Shown here piece by piece: positions 20,728 through 30,221 of a DNA stretch of 64,000 bases. Source of the stretch: a bacterium (GTDB taxonomy: Bacteria > UBA8248); NCBI GenBank assembly GCA_965204535.1, contig OZ241996.1, positions 704,001 to 768,000 of the forward strand, written 5' to 3'. A model generated the notes under the pieces. It was not told where the DNA came from. It worked only from the letters and a program-made list of their open reading frames with translations, and made no database searches. A program made the translations under genes and the position numbers. Numbering within the stretch: the stretch's first letter is position 1; every line of letters starts with the position of its first letter.

Positions 20728-21537
20728 TTACGAAATGACTTTGCTCAGGGATTCTTCCGTGGGACAGCGCCAGGAAATTTCTTGACTTTCATCGGCCTCG
20801 AACCAAACGAGGTCTTCAAGGCCGGCGACGGGTCCGACGAGAAAAACAGCGGGTGGGAATACTTCTTCGCGTTGTGCGAGGCTGGATGCTTCTCCCAAAG
20901 AGCAGCGGTAGGCCAACTGCCTGTTTGTGGTTCCATTTTCAATGATGGCGGCGGGCGTGTCTTTCGACATGCCGTTTTCCATCAAAGCGGCTGATATGCG
21001 TCCGATGGAGCGCGCGCCCATGAGGAAAACGAGTGTTCCTTTGTTTTCTGCCAGATGCGCGTAATCCACTTGCGTTTCTGGTTTTCCGGGGTCTTCATGG
21101 GCTGTTACGACCGTGAACGACGAGGCGAGGTTTCGGTGGGTGACGGGTATTCCGGCATAGGCGGGCACGGCCAGGGCGGAACTGATGCCTGGTATGATCT
21201 CATAATGAATACCGGCTTCTGTCAGTGCTTGCGCTTCCTCGCCGCCACGACCGAACACGAAAGGGTCCCCGCCTTTTAGACGCACCACTTGATAACCGCG
21301 ATGGGCGAAATGGATTAGAGTTTCGTTGATGTCATCTTGGCTCATGGTGTGTCGACCACTGGATTTTCCCGCATTGACGAGTTGGCAGTTTTCCGGGCAA
21401 AGCTCAAGAACCTCAGGGTTCACGAGACGGTCATAAACCACCAAGTCTGCGTTTGAAAGAGCTTTCGCTGCCTTGAGTGTCAGCAAGTCCGGGTCCCCCG
21501 GACCTGCTCCCACAATCTGTACTTTTCCTTGATACAT
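20728..21537 (-). CDS. cobA: Uroporphyrinogen-III C-methyltransferase
   Basis: VGAGPGDPDLLTLKA, RLKGGDPFVFGRGGEE, PGISSA. Confidence 0.95.
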   Translation of the reverse strand: MYQGKVQIVGAGPGDPDLLTLKAAKALSNADLVVYDRLVNPEVLELCPENCQLVNAGKSSGRHTMSQDDINETLIHFAHRGYQVVRLKGGDPFVFGRGGEEAQALTEAGIHYEIIPGISSALAVPAYAGIPVTHRNLASSFTVVTAHEDPGKPETQVDYAHLAENKGTLVFLMGARSIGRISAALMENGMSKDTPAAIIENGTTNRQLAYRCSLGEASSLAQREEVFPPAVFLVGPVAGLEDLVWFEADESQEISWRCPTEESLSKVIS

Positions 21538-21713
21538 GAGAGATTCCCGTATAAAATTCAGTTTTTACTTTTTATTGTTAAGTAGAATACTTAACTTTTC
21601 GTGGAAAATATTTTACTTTCTCACTTTTGTCAACCCAAGCAGGCGTTTATTCTTGAGTAGTCTTGTCTGGAGTGATTCTGGTGATGCTTGTTGCAACTGA
21701 GAAGGTGTAAATC

Positions 21714-22313
21714 ATGAGTGAAGATCCCAAACGTTTTGAAGATGCCTTGCGTCTCATCGATGAGGCGAATTCCGAGGATCCGAACACCGAGAGTTTCGCG
21801 GGCGAAGATTATCCCAAAGAGCTTTTGTATTCGATGAGAATGACGAAATGGCTCGAAACTATAGAGCCGCAAGCCTCAGAGGCCCTTCGTCTGGCTGTGC
21901 GGAGCCAACACATACGCAGATGGGAGATTCCACGTTCGGAATATCCTCTGGGCAGGAGGGGGTATCACCAATGGCGGATCCGCCTTTATGACTATCATGG
22001 GGAGAAAGCGGCCGAGATTCTCAAAAAGGTGGGTTACGATGAGGAAACGATAGCCCAAGTGCGTATGCTTTTGAAAAAGCAGGGCTTGAAATCAAACCCG
22101 GAAACCCAGACGCTTGAGGATGTCGCCTGCCTGGTTTTTCTGGAGAGCTACTTCTGGGATTTCTCCCGGCTTCATGATGAGGAGAAAATCATCGGCATCT
22201 TGCGGAAAACTTGGGCAAAGATGTCCGCGCGCGGGCAGAAGGCCGCCAGGGAGCTTTCGTTGAATGCGGGTGCGCAGGGCTTGTTGAACAAGGCGCTCGC
22301 GCCGGAAAACTAG
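21714..22313 (+). CDS. DUF4202 domain protein
   Basis: IDEANSEDPN, RSQHIRRWEIPR, LEDVACLVFL, KTWAKMS. Confidence 0.85.
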   Translation: MSEDPKRFEDALRLIDEANSEDPNTESFAGEDYPKELLYSMRMTKWLETIEPQASEALRLAVRSQHIRRWEIPRSEYPLGRRGYHQWRIRLYDYHGEKAAEILKKVGYDEETIAQVRMLLKKQGLKSNPETQTLEDVACLVFLESYFWDFSRLHDEEKIIGILRKTWAKMSARGQKAARELSLNAGAQGLLNKALAPEN

Positions 22314-22422
22314 CGAAAAACGTCTACTTTCAAAAGATTTTGCTCTGCTTTTTCATCTGCGAGTTTGTGGTGTATCATTAGCGCGCCATGCTCTTTCATA
22401 ACTCGTTTTTAAGGAGAAAATC

Positions 22423-23082
22423 ATGAACGTCACCATGTGGAACTGCTACGTCTGACCCTACGCCTACCGGGCCATGGAGTGGCTCGTTCGTCTTCAGGAG
22501 AAAAGAAGCGATCTGAAAGTGGATTACAAGGCCTTCGTGCTCGAGCAGGCGAATTTCGGCCCGGCGCGCGGCGAGGACTGGAAGGCCTGGGAAGACAAGA
22601 CCTTCCCGAGCAGGGACCTTCCCCCGCATCAGGCGGCCAAATGCGCGGCTTTGCAGGGCGAGACCCAGTTCGATAAATACCACGTGGCGCTCCACCGGGC
22701 GAGGCACCGCGACGGCAAGGACATCACCAGTGAACTGGTTTTGCGCGATATCGCCGTGGAAGTCGGCCTCGATGTCGATCGATGGGAGGAGGACATGAAA
22801 AGCGGCGCCACCATCCCCCTCATCGCGCAAGAGCATGAGGATGCGGCCGAGCAGGGCATTTTCGGCGTTCCCACGCTCGATTTCGGCGAGGGCAAACCCG
22901 TTTTCGTCAAGCTCGAAGAGGGCGATTGGGAGAGCGAGGGCGACGAGCAGGGTCTCCTGGACGCCGTTCGGGCCACTTCGGCCGAGCGGCCCTGGTTGCT
23001 GGAGCTCAAGACGCCCCAGTCCGCCAAGCTCAGTACCGCCTCATCGAAGAAGTACGAGAAATACGGGATGAAGGCGAGATAA
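22423..23082 (+). CDS. DsbA/FrnE-like thioredoxin-fold protein, predicted selenoprotein (UGA 22453-22455 = Sec)
   Basis: AAGGAG RBS and ATG 22423 are in frame with the tracked ORF; reads MNVTMWNCYV-U-PYAYRAMEW; C-terminal GIFGVPT cis-Pro motif. Confidence 0.82.
22468..22486 (+). promoter_or_regulatory. Putative bacterial SECIS hairpin
   Basis: CGGGCCA-TGGAG-TGGCTCG, starting 12 nt after the UGA. Confidence 0.65.
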
Positions 23083-23116
23083 TGCGCCGTAAACGCCATC
23101 ACGGGGCCGGCGTCTC

Positions 23117-23470
23117 ATGAGCGCGCCGGTCGACAAGGCCCATCCCGTCGATCTCACGGTGGACAAGCCCGCCCGCGAGTTTCGCGTCGAGTGGGCGAGC
23201 GGGGAGAAGAGCGCCTACGGCTTCGACTACCTCGCGGCCCTTTGTCCGTGCGCGAACTGCAAGGAGGAGCGCAAGGCGCGCGAGAAAAACCCCCTCGTTG
23301 TTCTCTCGGGGCCGAGTGGGCCGACTGAGCTCGAAAACGTCGAGATGGTGGGGCGCTACGCCCTCAACTTCATCTGGCGCGGCGGATGCGGGGCGGGCAT
23401 CTATTCTTTTGATTATCTTTACGATATCGCCCCCGAGCGCGCCGGGAGCTCGGGGGGAGAAGAGGGCTGA
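23117..23470 (+). CDS. DUF971 family protein
   Basis: VEW.SG, CPCANC, VGRYAL.F.W..G..GIYSFDYL. Confidence 0.85.
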   Translation: MSAPVDKAHPVDLTVDKPAREFRVEWASGEKSAYGFDYLAALCPCANCKEERKAREKNPLVVLSGPSGPTELENVEMVGRYALNFIWRGGCGAGIYSFDYLYDIAPERAGSSGGEEG

Positions 23471-23733
23471 GCTTTGGAGACCCGCACGCCGAAGCCGGTG
23501 GATGAAAAGCACGAAACGCCGCCGGAGCAACACGCCTGCCCCACCTGAGTCGGCGGGTTGTTCTCCGCCGTGGCGCGGGTTTTGGGGTGGATGAAGAGGA
23601 AGCTGCTGGGATAGCGGGCCGATGAATCACATGAGCTGAATCAGGCGAAACCTTTGATTTTGCGGCCTCTATCTGCAGGCAGGTGTGAGTCGATGAGGTG
23701 AGTGTATCATGAAACTCCCGCGCCGGGGGGGCT

Positions 23734-24096
23734 CTATCGGTTGATGAGCAGGTTCGCGCCCGCGGCGATCACCAGAACGCCCACGATTCTCTTGAGCGTG
23801 AGGGCCGAGAAGGTTTGCAGCAGATGGGCACCCACTACGCCGCCGATGATGGCCCCGATACTTAGATAAACCGCGTAATTCCAGACGATTAGCCCGCTCC
23901 GCACGTTCTCGAACGAGGCGACCAGCGAGTTGAACAGGTAGGCGAGAATCGAGACCGCCACCGCTTGTTGGGGCGTGAGCGAGGGGATGAGGAACAGCGT
24001 CGGCACCATGATGATGCCCCAGCCCACGCCGGTGGCTGCATTCAAGGTGCCCACGACCGCACCCAATACCAGAAGACCCGCCCCTATCCAGTCCAA
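23734..24096 (-). CDS. Half-size TauE/SafE (TSUP) family membrane protein
   Basis: GVGWGIIMVP, QQAVAVS, GAIIGGVVGA; TTG start after GGGGAG; only 120 aa. Confidence 0.7.
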   Translation of the reverse strand: MDWIGAGLLVLGAVVGTLNAATGVGWGIIMVPTLFLIPSLTPQQAVAVSILAYLFNSLVASFENVRSGLIVWNYAVYLSIGAIIGGVVGAHLLQTFSALTLKRIVGVLVIAAGANLLINR

Positions 24097-24596
24097 AACA
24101 CTCCCCTTTTCAGATAGTTATGGTGATTATCGTATGTTTCGCTATAAATTCATCCACCCCCGCAACTCCCCGCATTTGCCGACATCGCGGAAGGCGCGGG
24201 CCATGGCAGAATGCCCCTGCGTCCGGATTTCGCGGCGTCAAAGCCTAAGAATTTAATTTTCGGCAATTTATCGAATAACCCCGTGAATTTATCTATATTT
24301 ATCGAATTTATCAGAAATTCCGAGTGGGATCTTCGCGACTGCGAGCTTCGCTCGGGGAGCCCTGTTCGAAGTCCTGAAATCATCGCCGCTTCGCCTCATC
24401 GTCCTTCCTCCTGCTCCCATCCCGATGCTCTCCCGAAAGCGCCTCCGCCCGCAAGCCGTCGAATCGAACCGGGCAGCGAGCCTTGCGCGCCAGGGTAGCG
24501 AATCCCGGCTGGTGGCCCCTAACCGTAATTGCGGGAAAATGCGCGAGGTGTGTGAAAGGGATTGCCGAGCAAACAAGATTTCTGATTTCACTCTTT

Positions 24597-24723
24597 CCTC
24601 ATCCCGAGTAGGCGTGTTTGCGCGCCGTATCGAGGGTTTGACCCGACCGAGGAGGTAGGGTCAAACGGGGCGCATCGGAAGCGTCCTTCGATACGCCGCC
24701 ATCGGCGGCTACTCAGGGTGAGG
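24597..24723. repeat. REP/MITE-like palindromic element
   Basis: CCTCATCCCGAGTAG...GTATCGAGGG pairs with CCTTCGATAC...CTACTCAGGGTGAGG; internal hairpins. Confidence 0.65.
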
Positions 24724-24895
24724 CCGATACGGGTGGCATGCAAGGCGAGCGTTTGCCGATTGATGAAGGAGTGTTTGCGGGTTTCGCTTTTGCTCGTCTT
24801 AGAGACAAGAGCAGTTTCGGGCATTTTCGATTATCCTGTAAGGTGCTGTAATAAGATTAGTTAACAGGTTGCCATGAATCTTCCCTGGCAGGCCC

Positions 24896-24941
24896 GTAAT
24901 CAAAACGAAAGCGGGTTCATTACAACTCCAGAGCATCCCGG
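24896..24941 (+). repeat. 46-bp integrase-associated motif, copy 1
   Basis: GTAATCAAAACGAAAGCGGGTTCATTACAACTCCAGAGCATCCCGG. Confidence 0.7.
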
Positions 24942-25287
24942 CGGGCGCTCGTCCGTGAGCGCTCGGGCCAATCATTCAGCCAAGCCGTAATAGCAAGTTC
25001 CCGAACAGCGGCAGTTCGAGATACCGTTCACCGCCAATCGCCAGTCATTCGCAGCGACGACTCGCGAAACAGGGCGCCGCGGTGTGAGCGACATTGTTCC
25101 TTTTTTTCCGTAGCGCCCCGCTGCACGTTCTCCGGCGACCTTCGTTTTCTGGAAAACGCCCGTGATTTCAGGCTGAACCGATGAGCGGTCCGCGCACGAA
25201 CGCAGGCGCGGACTCTTCCCGGGTGTACCTTCCGCGCTAGAAACAACGATTGAACGGGCGCTCGTCCTTTCCTTATGTTCGCGCGCC

Positions 25288-26007
25288 ATGACCGCGTTTA
25301 AAGACGATACCGGCGCCCCGCTGGACGAGCGGCTGCGCCGGAGCATTGCGCTCTGGCGCGCGCGCCGAGGGATGAGTGCGAGGCGCTTCGGGGTGGGCGC
25401 GCTGGGGGTTCCCGGCTTCGTGGGCCTGCAGGCCCGGGGGCGGCCCCTGCGGGTCGACACGGCGGACCGGGTGCTCGCGTTCATGGGGTATCCGCCGCTG
25501 GGACCGCTCCTGCGGGCCGAGGTGGAGGCGTTTCTCGTGGTGAGCGGGACCAAGGTCTCGATCCTGGGCGAGGAGACCGTGGGGAATCCCTCCTTCGTGG
25601 GGAGGCTGCGCCGGGGCGCCTCGCCGTATCTCAAGACCTTCGACCGGGTGCGCGCCTGGATGGCGGCCAACGCGACGGGAGAGGAGATCCGCGCCATACG
25701 CGAGAGGCTCGCGGACTTGCCCGACCCGTTCGACGGGACGTGGGACGCCGCCGGGGAACCCGGGGCCGCGGGAGACGCCGATGAGCGCGCGAAGGAGAAC
25801 CACCTGAACACGCGGGAGGCGGCCGCCTGGCTCGGCCTCTCGCCCAAGACGCTGGAGCGCTACCGCGTGAGCGGAGAGGGGCCGGATTTTCTTCGCATCG
25901 GATACCGGGTGCGCTACCTGCTCGAAGACCTCGAGAAGTGGGCCTCCGCCCGGAGGTGGACTTCCACGTCCGAGGAGAGAGCCGCCCGGAGAAAGAAGAG
26001 GCGGTAG
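25288..26007 (+). CDS. DNA-binding protein: two Cro-like repeats plus C-terminal excisionase/AlpA-type HTH
   Basis: Duplicated unit (FG..ALG.PGFV..L..GR..R.DTADRV.AFM / LG...VGNPSFV.RLRRGASP.LKT.DRV.AWM) and LNTREAAAWLGLSPKTLERYRVSGEGPDF...VRY. Confidence 0.7.
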   Translation: MTAFKDDTGAPLDERLRRSIALWRARRGMSARRFGVGALGVPGFVGLQARGRPLRVDTADRVLAFMGYPPLGPLLRAEVEAFLVVSGTKVSILGEETVGNPSFVGRLRRGASPYLKTFDRVRAWMAANATGEEIRAIRERLADLPDPFDGTWDAAGEPGAAGDADERAKENHLNTREAAAWLGLSPKTLERYRVSGEGPDFLRIGYRVRYLLEDLEKWASARRWTSTSEERAARRKKRR

Positions 26008-26036
26008 AGAGATATTCGGGAGAAGACGGGCGGACT

Positions 26037-26273
26037 TCACAGGCCGTGGCGCAGCCTCGCCATCGCGGCCACGGCCGCCGAGTGCCCCCCCTCGCAGAGA
26101 TCCCCCAGGTACGCCGCTATCCCGGCGTCGGTCTCGGGGTTTCCCGAGCGCTCGAATCCCCTGAGCGCCGTCTCGTACGCCCGCCGCGTGTTCTCAGACA
26201 TCGAGGCCTTCGCCAGGTCGGCGGCCGCACGGGCCGGTCGGGCCGGCCTCCTCGTCAAAGCGATGTCCTGCAT
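26037..26273 (-). pseudogene. Truncated N-terminus of a Cre-like tyrosine recombinase
   Basis: ASMSENTRRAYETALRGF...IAAYLGDL resembles the SAM-like N-domain; stops after 78 aa. Confidence 0.6.
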
Positions 26274-26449
26274 CGGGTCGGATGGTCTTGCCCCCGTCGT
26301 CATGCCGAGAAGCCAACCTTCCGGGTCGGCGGCCGTGTCCATTGCCGGGGCCGCTCGAGCGCCTCCTCGATTACCAAGTATGGACGACGGCGGGGAATTT
26401 CCACAAAAAAAGCCGTTTCGCAGGGGAATACCGGCGAAACGGCGGGTTT

Positions 26450-26661
26450 CTGGAGTCCGATAATTGTCGTTATCAGAAAATTTAACACCTCTCACGGCCA
26501 TGTCAAGCGCAATTCCGGGGTCCTCGGAGGGGTTTCGGGCGTCGTTTTGCGCCTTTTTTCGCTTATATTTCGCTCACTTGCGGCCCGAATGCCCTCCGAA
26601 ACGGGTTTTTGGGGGAAAACGGGGCTTCTGGTGTCCCATAACGACAATTAGCGGACTCCAG
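26450..26661. repeat. Inverted pair of lox/res-like recombination sites
   Basis: CTGGAGTCCGATAATTGTCGTTAT (26450-26473) vs 26638-26661 inverted, 23/24 identical; each site is a dyad with a TTGTCG spacer. Confidence 0.75.
26479..26506 (-). promoter_or_regulatory. Sigma70-like promoter inside the inverted sites
   Basis: TTGACA-16 nt-TAAATT with an extended TG. Confidence 0.55.
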
Positions 26662-26920
26662 CCCGGGTTCGAGGTGGCGCATACCGCAGGGATTCTTGTC
26701 TCGCGGAACCACCGGCCCGGACTACGAGTCCGCAAGTCTACCGTATTTCGGGCTGCCCGGGATACGGCGAACCGGCAGTAGCGGTTTCCTCCAGGGGATC
26801 GCCCGGCACGTCCGCCGGGCGGTCCCTGGCGGGAGAAGTATGGCGAATATCAGGCGGATTCGTATTTTTTATTCCGCTCAGACAATTCCACCAGAGGTAC
26901 CAGAGGGAAGGACCCGGAAA

Positions 26921-28453
26921 ATGAAAATAAGACATCGCATGGAGAGGCTTGCAACCGGAGGCGGCATGGTCCGTCATCCGGAAGAGACCGGCAGAAGCCC
27001 TGGGCGGCCGGCAGGCCCGGGTTTATCGAAGGGCTCCTCCCGTCTTTTACAGGCTCAGGACAGGCCTGACGCGCCCAAGCGCTCACGCGACCGCTTCTCC
27101 TTCCTCATCCCCTGCTTCGCGCTGCTGCTTGTCACGCTCGCCGGTTGCGGCGGTGGCTCGTCTTCCCTCTCGGGCGCGCCGCCCATGGAACCCCCACCGC
27201 CGGTGCACGCGGTGGGCCTGCCCGACATGCACGACCTTTCCGGCTGGCTGACGGCCAACCCCGCCGGCACGGTCACCGTTCCCGCTGGCGAGCACCGCGA
27301 CGTGGGCGGGGTGCGCTTCTTCTGCCCTGCGGGCGGGGCGGACTGCGCGGTGACGGTGACCGCCGAGAACGGGACCGTCGCGGCGACCTCGACGGACGGC
27401 ATGGCCACCGCCATGTTGGCGCCGCCGCCGGTGCACGCGGTGGGCCTGCCCGACATGCACGACCTTTCCGGCTGGCTGACGGCCAACCCCGCCGGCACGG
27501 TCACCGTTCCCGCTGGCGAGCACCGCGACGTGGGCGGGGTGCGCTTCTCCTGCCCTGCGGGCGGGGCGGACTGCGCGGTGACGGTGACCGCCGAGGACGG
27601 GACCGTCACGGCGACCTCGACGGACGGCATGGCCTCCACGATGCCGGTGCCGCCGCATGACCGCTGGGAACATATTTATGACATAGCGGATACACTGCTC
27701 CAATCCAGCGACCACCTTCGTTATACCTTCAACTGGACCGGGCGGGGACAAAGCACAAGCGATCATGTGGTCAATAACTATTCGTGCACTGGATCGCGTT
27801 GCGTCAGCGATGAACGGGTGATTACCGTCGAGGACTTTCGGCATCCGGACAACAGGGTCCAGGTGGCCGTGCCGGCGGAGGACTTGGGATCGCAAGGCGG
27901 GTTTGACACTCTTACGGCCTCGGTCGACGTGGACCTTTCATTTCTCTTCGCGGAGACCACCCTCACGGAGTACCCTTCCTACGACACGTATGGCGTCTGG
28001 GGCCAATACGGTGCCTTACATTTGCAAGTTGTTGACGGACCAATGGCCGGCCAAGTCCAGGGCGTGCCGTTCACGGGCGACCTCAACTATGCAGTCGCGT
28101 TCGTCCTGGGCAATGCCACGGGTACCAACCCACAAGGCACGGGGAGTGCAACCTGGCGTGGCGTTGCCGAGGCCGTCTCGACCAGCACGTTCCAGCGGGG
28201 GCAAGGAACCGCGACACTCACCATCGCAGACCTGTCTCGACCGCGGGTTGGAGTTGACGTCGATATTCCCGGGTTTGCTATCGGCTCGCCCCGTTGGTCC
28301 GACATACCGCTGACGGACGGCCGGTTTGCGACCGGAACCGCCGGAACCGACCGTCTTGAAGGCGATTTCCACGGGCCCGCTCACTACGAAGCCTACGGCG
28401 TATTCGATACGGGCCCTTACGTGGGCGGGTTCGGAGCGAAACGGACCCAGTGA
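26921..28453 (+). CDS. Surface lipoprotein with duplicated 76-aa domain and TbpB-like C-terminal barrel (start uncertain)
   Basis: Lipobox LAGC followed by GGGSSS; C-terminal GSATWRG...GDFHGPAHYEAYGVF...GGFGAKR. Confidence 0.65.
   Translation: MKIRHRMERLATGGGMVRHPEETGRSPGRPAGPGLSKGSSRLLQAQDRPDAPKRSRDRFSFLIPCFALLLVTLAGCGGGSSSLSGAPPMEPPPPVHAVGLPDMHDLSGWLTANPAGTVTVPAGEHRDVGGVRFFCPAGGADCAVTVTAENGTVAATSTDGMATAMLAPPPVHAVGLPDMHDLSGWLTANPAGTVTVPAGEHRDVGGVRFSCPAGGADCAVTVTAEDGTVTATSTDGMASTMPVPPHDRWEHIYDIADTLLQSSDHLRYTFNWTGRGQSTSDHVVNNYSCTGSRCVSDERVITVEDFRHPDNRVQVAVPAEDLGSQGGFDTLTASVDVDLSFLFAETTLTEYPSYDTYGVWGQYGALHLQVVDGPMAGQVQGVPFTGDLNYAVAFVLGNATGTNPQGTGSATWRGVAEAVSTSTFQRGQGTATLTIADLSRPRVGVDVDIPGFAIGSPRWSDIPLTDGRFATGTAGTDRLEGDFHGPAHYEAYGVFDTGPYVGGFGAKRTQ
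27197..27652 (+). repeat. Tandem 228-bp near-identical in-frame duplication
   Basis: GTGCACGCGGTGGGCCTGCCCGACATG at 27203 and 27431. Confidence 0.95.
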
Positions 28454-28904
28454 GACGAGCCGATATTTCCCGCCAGTGCGTACCGTAAGGCGCTTCTGAC
28501 TTTCACGCGGTCAACTGGTCCGTACCGATCCTTTCGGTCGCGTATCGCCATGTGCCGCAGACCCCGGCGGCTTGCGTCGCCAGAGCCTCGTGCCGATGGG
28601 TGCATGGACATTCCGTCCATGAGTCGTCCGCCTGCGTCGTCCGCCTGCGCATTGCCGTTTGGCCTTGTGCTTCCTATACTGCCGCCCGGACGCCGCGCGG
28701 CGGTTCGGGGACTGTCTCCGCAAGTGCGCGGCGGGCGCTGCCGCTCAAGCGCCGCTCGGGCTAACTGCCGATTGCAAAACGGTTTTTATCGCCCGACGGT
28801 TTGAGCGGTCAGGAAGCGGGTTGACGACGCCCCGCGGCGTTTTGTTCTCAGACCCCATGCATCGATTCATTTCAGCTGATCGATGCCTGCCCGCAATCCA
28901 CGAC

Positions 28905-29075
28905 ATGAAGCATCCCGCGAGAAACGATATGAGTTCCGTGACGATGTGACGACCGGACTTTGCCTGCGGATTTTCCAGGGCGGCGGGCACGCCTTAACCC
29001 GCAGCCGTATGGTTCGCCAGCGCAGACGCTGCGCCACCATCGACAACGCCGATACGCCGAGCGTGCCGGCGGCGA
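28905..29075 (+). pseudogene. Remnant of an integrase Arm-DNA-binding domain
   Basis: REKRYEFRDDVTTGLCLRIFQGG...RRRCATI...SVPAAR parallels the N-termini of the intact integrases. Confidence 0.55.
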
Positions 29076-29216
29076 GGAGTGGGACTCACAGGCTTTTCCG
29101 CGTGTTTTCAGGGGGCGGGGCGTTTCCAGCGGTTGTAAAATCTCCTGATCCCGTTGATATCATTGAGAAGCATTCATTTCCCCCGGGTCTCGTTCGGAAT
29201 CCACCATTCGCAGCAA

Positions 29217-29262
29217 GTAATCAAAACGCTAACGAGGGGAATCAAATCCCTGCGCATCCCGG
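29217..29262 (+). repeat. 46-bp integrase-associated motif, copy 2
   Basis: GTAATCAAAACGCTAACGAGGGGAATCAAATCCCTGCGCATCCCGG. Confidence 0.7.
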
Positions 29263-29344
29263 GGCGTGCCTGCCGGTAAGCGTTCGGGCGGGCCGTGATG
29301 GTAGTGCCTTGAAGCAGTAGTTCGGGCCGGAATGGGGGATGATT

Positions 29345-30217
29345 TTACCGGTTGAGGACTTGCTTCCAGTTTCTGCGCAACGGTCGTAGCCAGATGTCCT
29401 TTTTCGGTTGGTCTCGTTTCGTGTATCTGTCGTAGCGTCCACGCCCCTGGGTCATACCGACGTGAATCCACCCCGATGCCCTGTAGACGGCGCCGGTGTA
29501 GCGCGGCGTCTCGACGAAGGTCTCGACGAGGACGGGTGTCGTGCCATAGCGCTCGGTCCAGTCCTCGGGCAGGCGCCTGCGGATGATGGCGAGGAGGTGT
29601 GAGCCGAGGTTGAGGATCCTGATCCATGGCAGGATGAGGAACCTCGGGTTGTCGACCACGAGGGGGAGGTTCTTCTCGCGCAGCTGCGGCGTCCAGCCGA
29701 TGAAGCTGTCGCGCGGGGCGAGCTTCCACGCGGCGGTGGAGAAGCCGAGCATGGCGAGGGGCCTGCCGCCCCGGTCGTGGACGGCGTAGCGCATCTGCGC
29801 GCCGACGAGGGTCTTGTAGCCGAGGTAGTGGTAGCGGGCGACGAACTCGTTCCAGAGCCTGCCCTCGCGGGTTCCGCGCACGGCGACGCGCATATCGAGG
29901 GGGCGGACTTCGTCGAGGGTCTCAGGCGCCGGGATGAGGGGAGGTTCGGTGTCGGGTCCGAAGACGATCGGCCCGGGCCGGTTCTGGCGCCACTTCGGTG
30001 GGGGCAGCGTGATCAGGCCGTCCTTGTGCATGGCCAGCATAGTCACCCGGGCCATCATGTCCTTGAGTCCGCCGTCGGGCTTGTACCAGCCGATTCGGCG
30101 GCAGAACTCCTTCGATAGCGCATGGCGGTTGAGCGCAGGTGGACCTGCGATCAGTTCGCGCAGCAGCGCCATCTCTTCCGTCGTGAAGTCGCGTCCGTGG
30201 TAGCGGCACTCGGTCAC
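29345..30217 (-). CDS. DUF4338 (Druantia DruA-like) domain protein
   Basis: RYHYLGY, RDSFIGW, NPRFLILPW, LVETFVE, YRASGW..VGMTQGRG. Confidence 0.85.
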   Translation of the reverse strand: MTECRYHGRDFTTEEMALLRELIAGPPALNRHALSKEFCRRIGWYKPDGGLKDMMARVTMLAMHKDGLITLPPPKWRQNRPGPIVFGPDTEPPLIPAPETLDEVRPLDMRVAVRGTREGRLWNEFVARYHYLGYKTLVGAQMRYAVHDRGGRPLAMLGFSTAAWKLAPRDSFIGWTPQLREKNLPLVVDNPRFLILPWIRILNLGSHLLAIIRRRLPEDWTERYGTTPVLVETFVETPRYTGAVYRASGWIHVGMTQGRGRYDRYTKRDQPKKDIWLRPLRRNWKQVLNR

Positions 30218-30221
30218 GGCG

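Noticed and set aside
29180-29206. GTTCGGAATCCACCA resembling a tRNA 3' end (att remnant)
   Set aside because: No T-arm stem can be built and there is no second copy.
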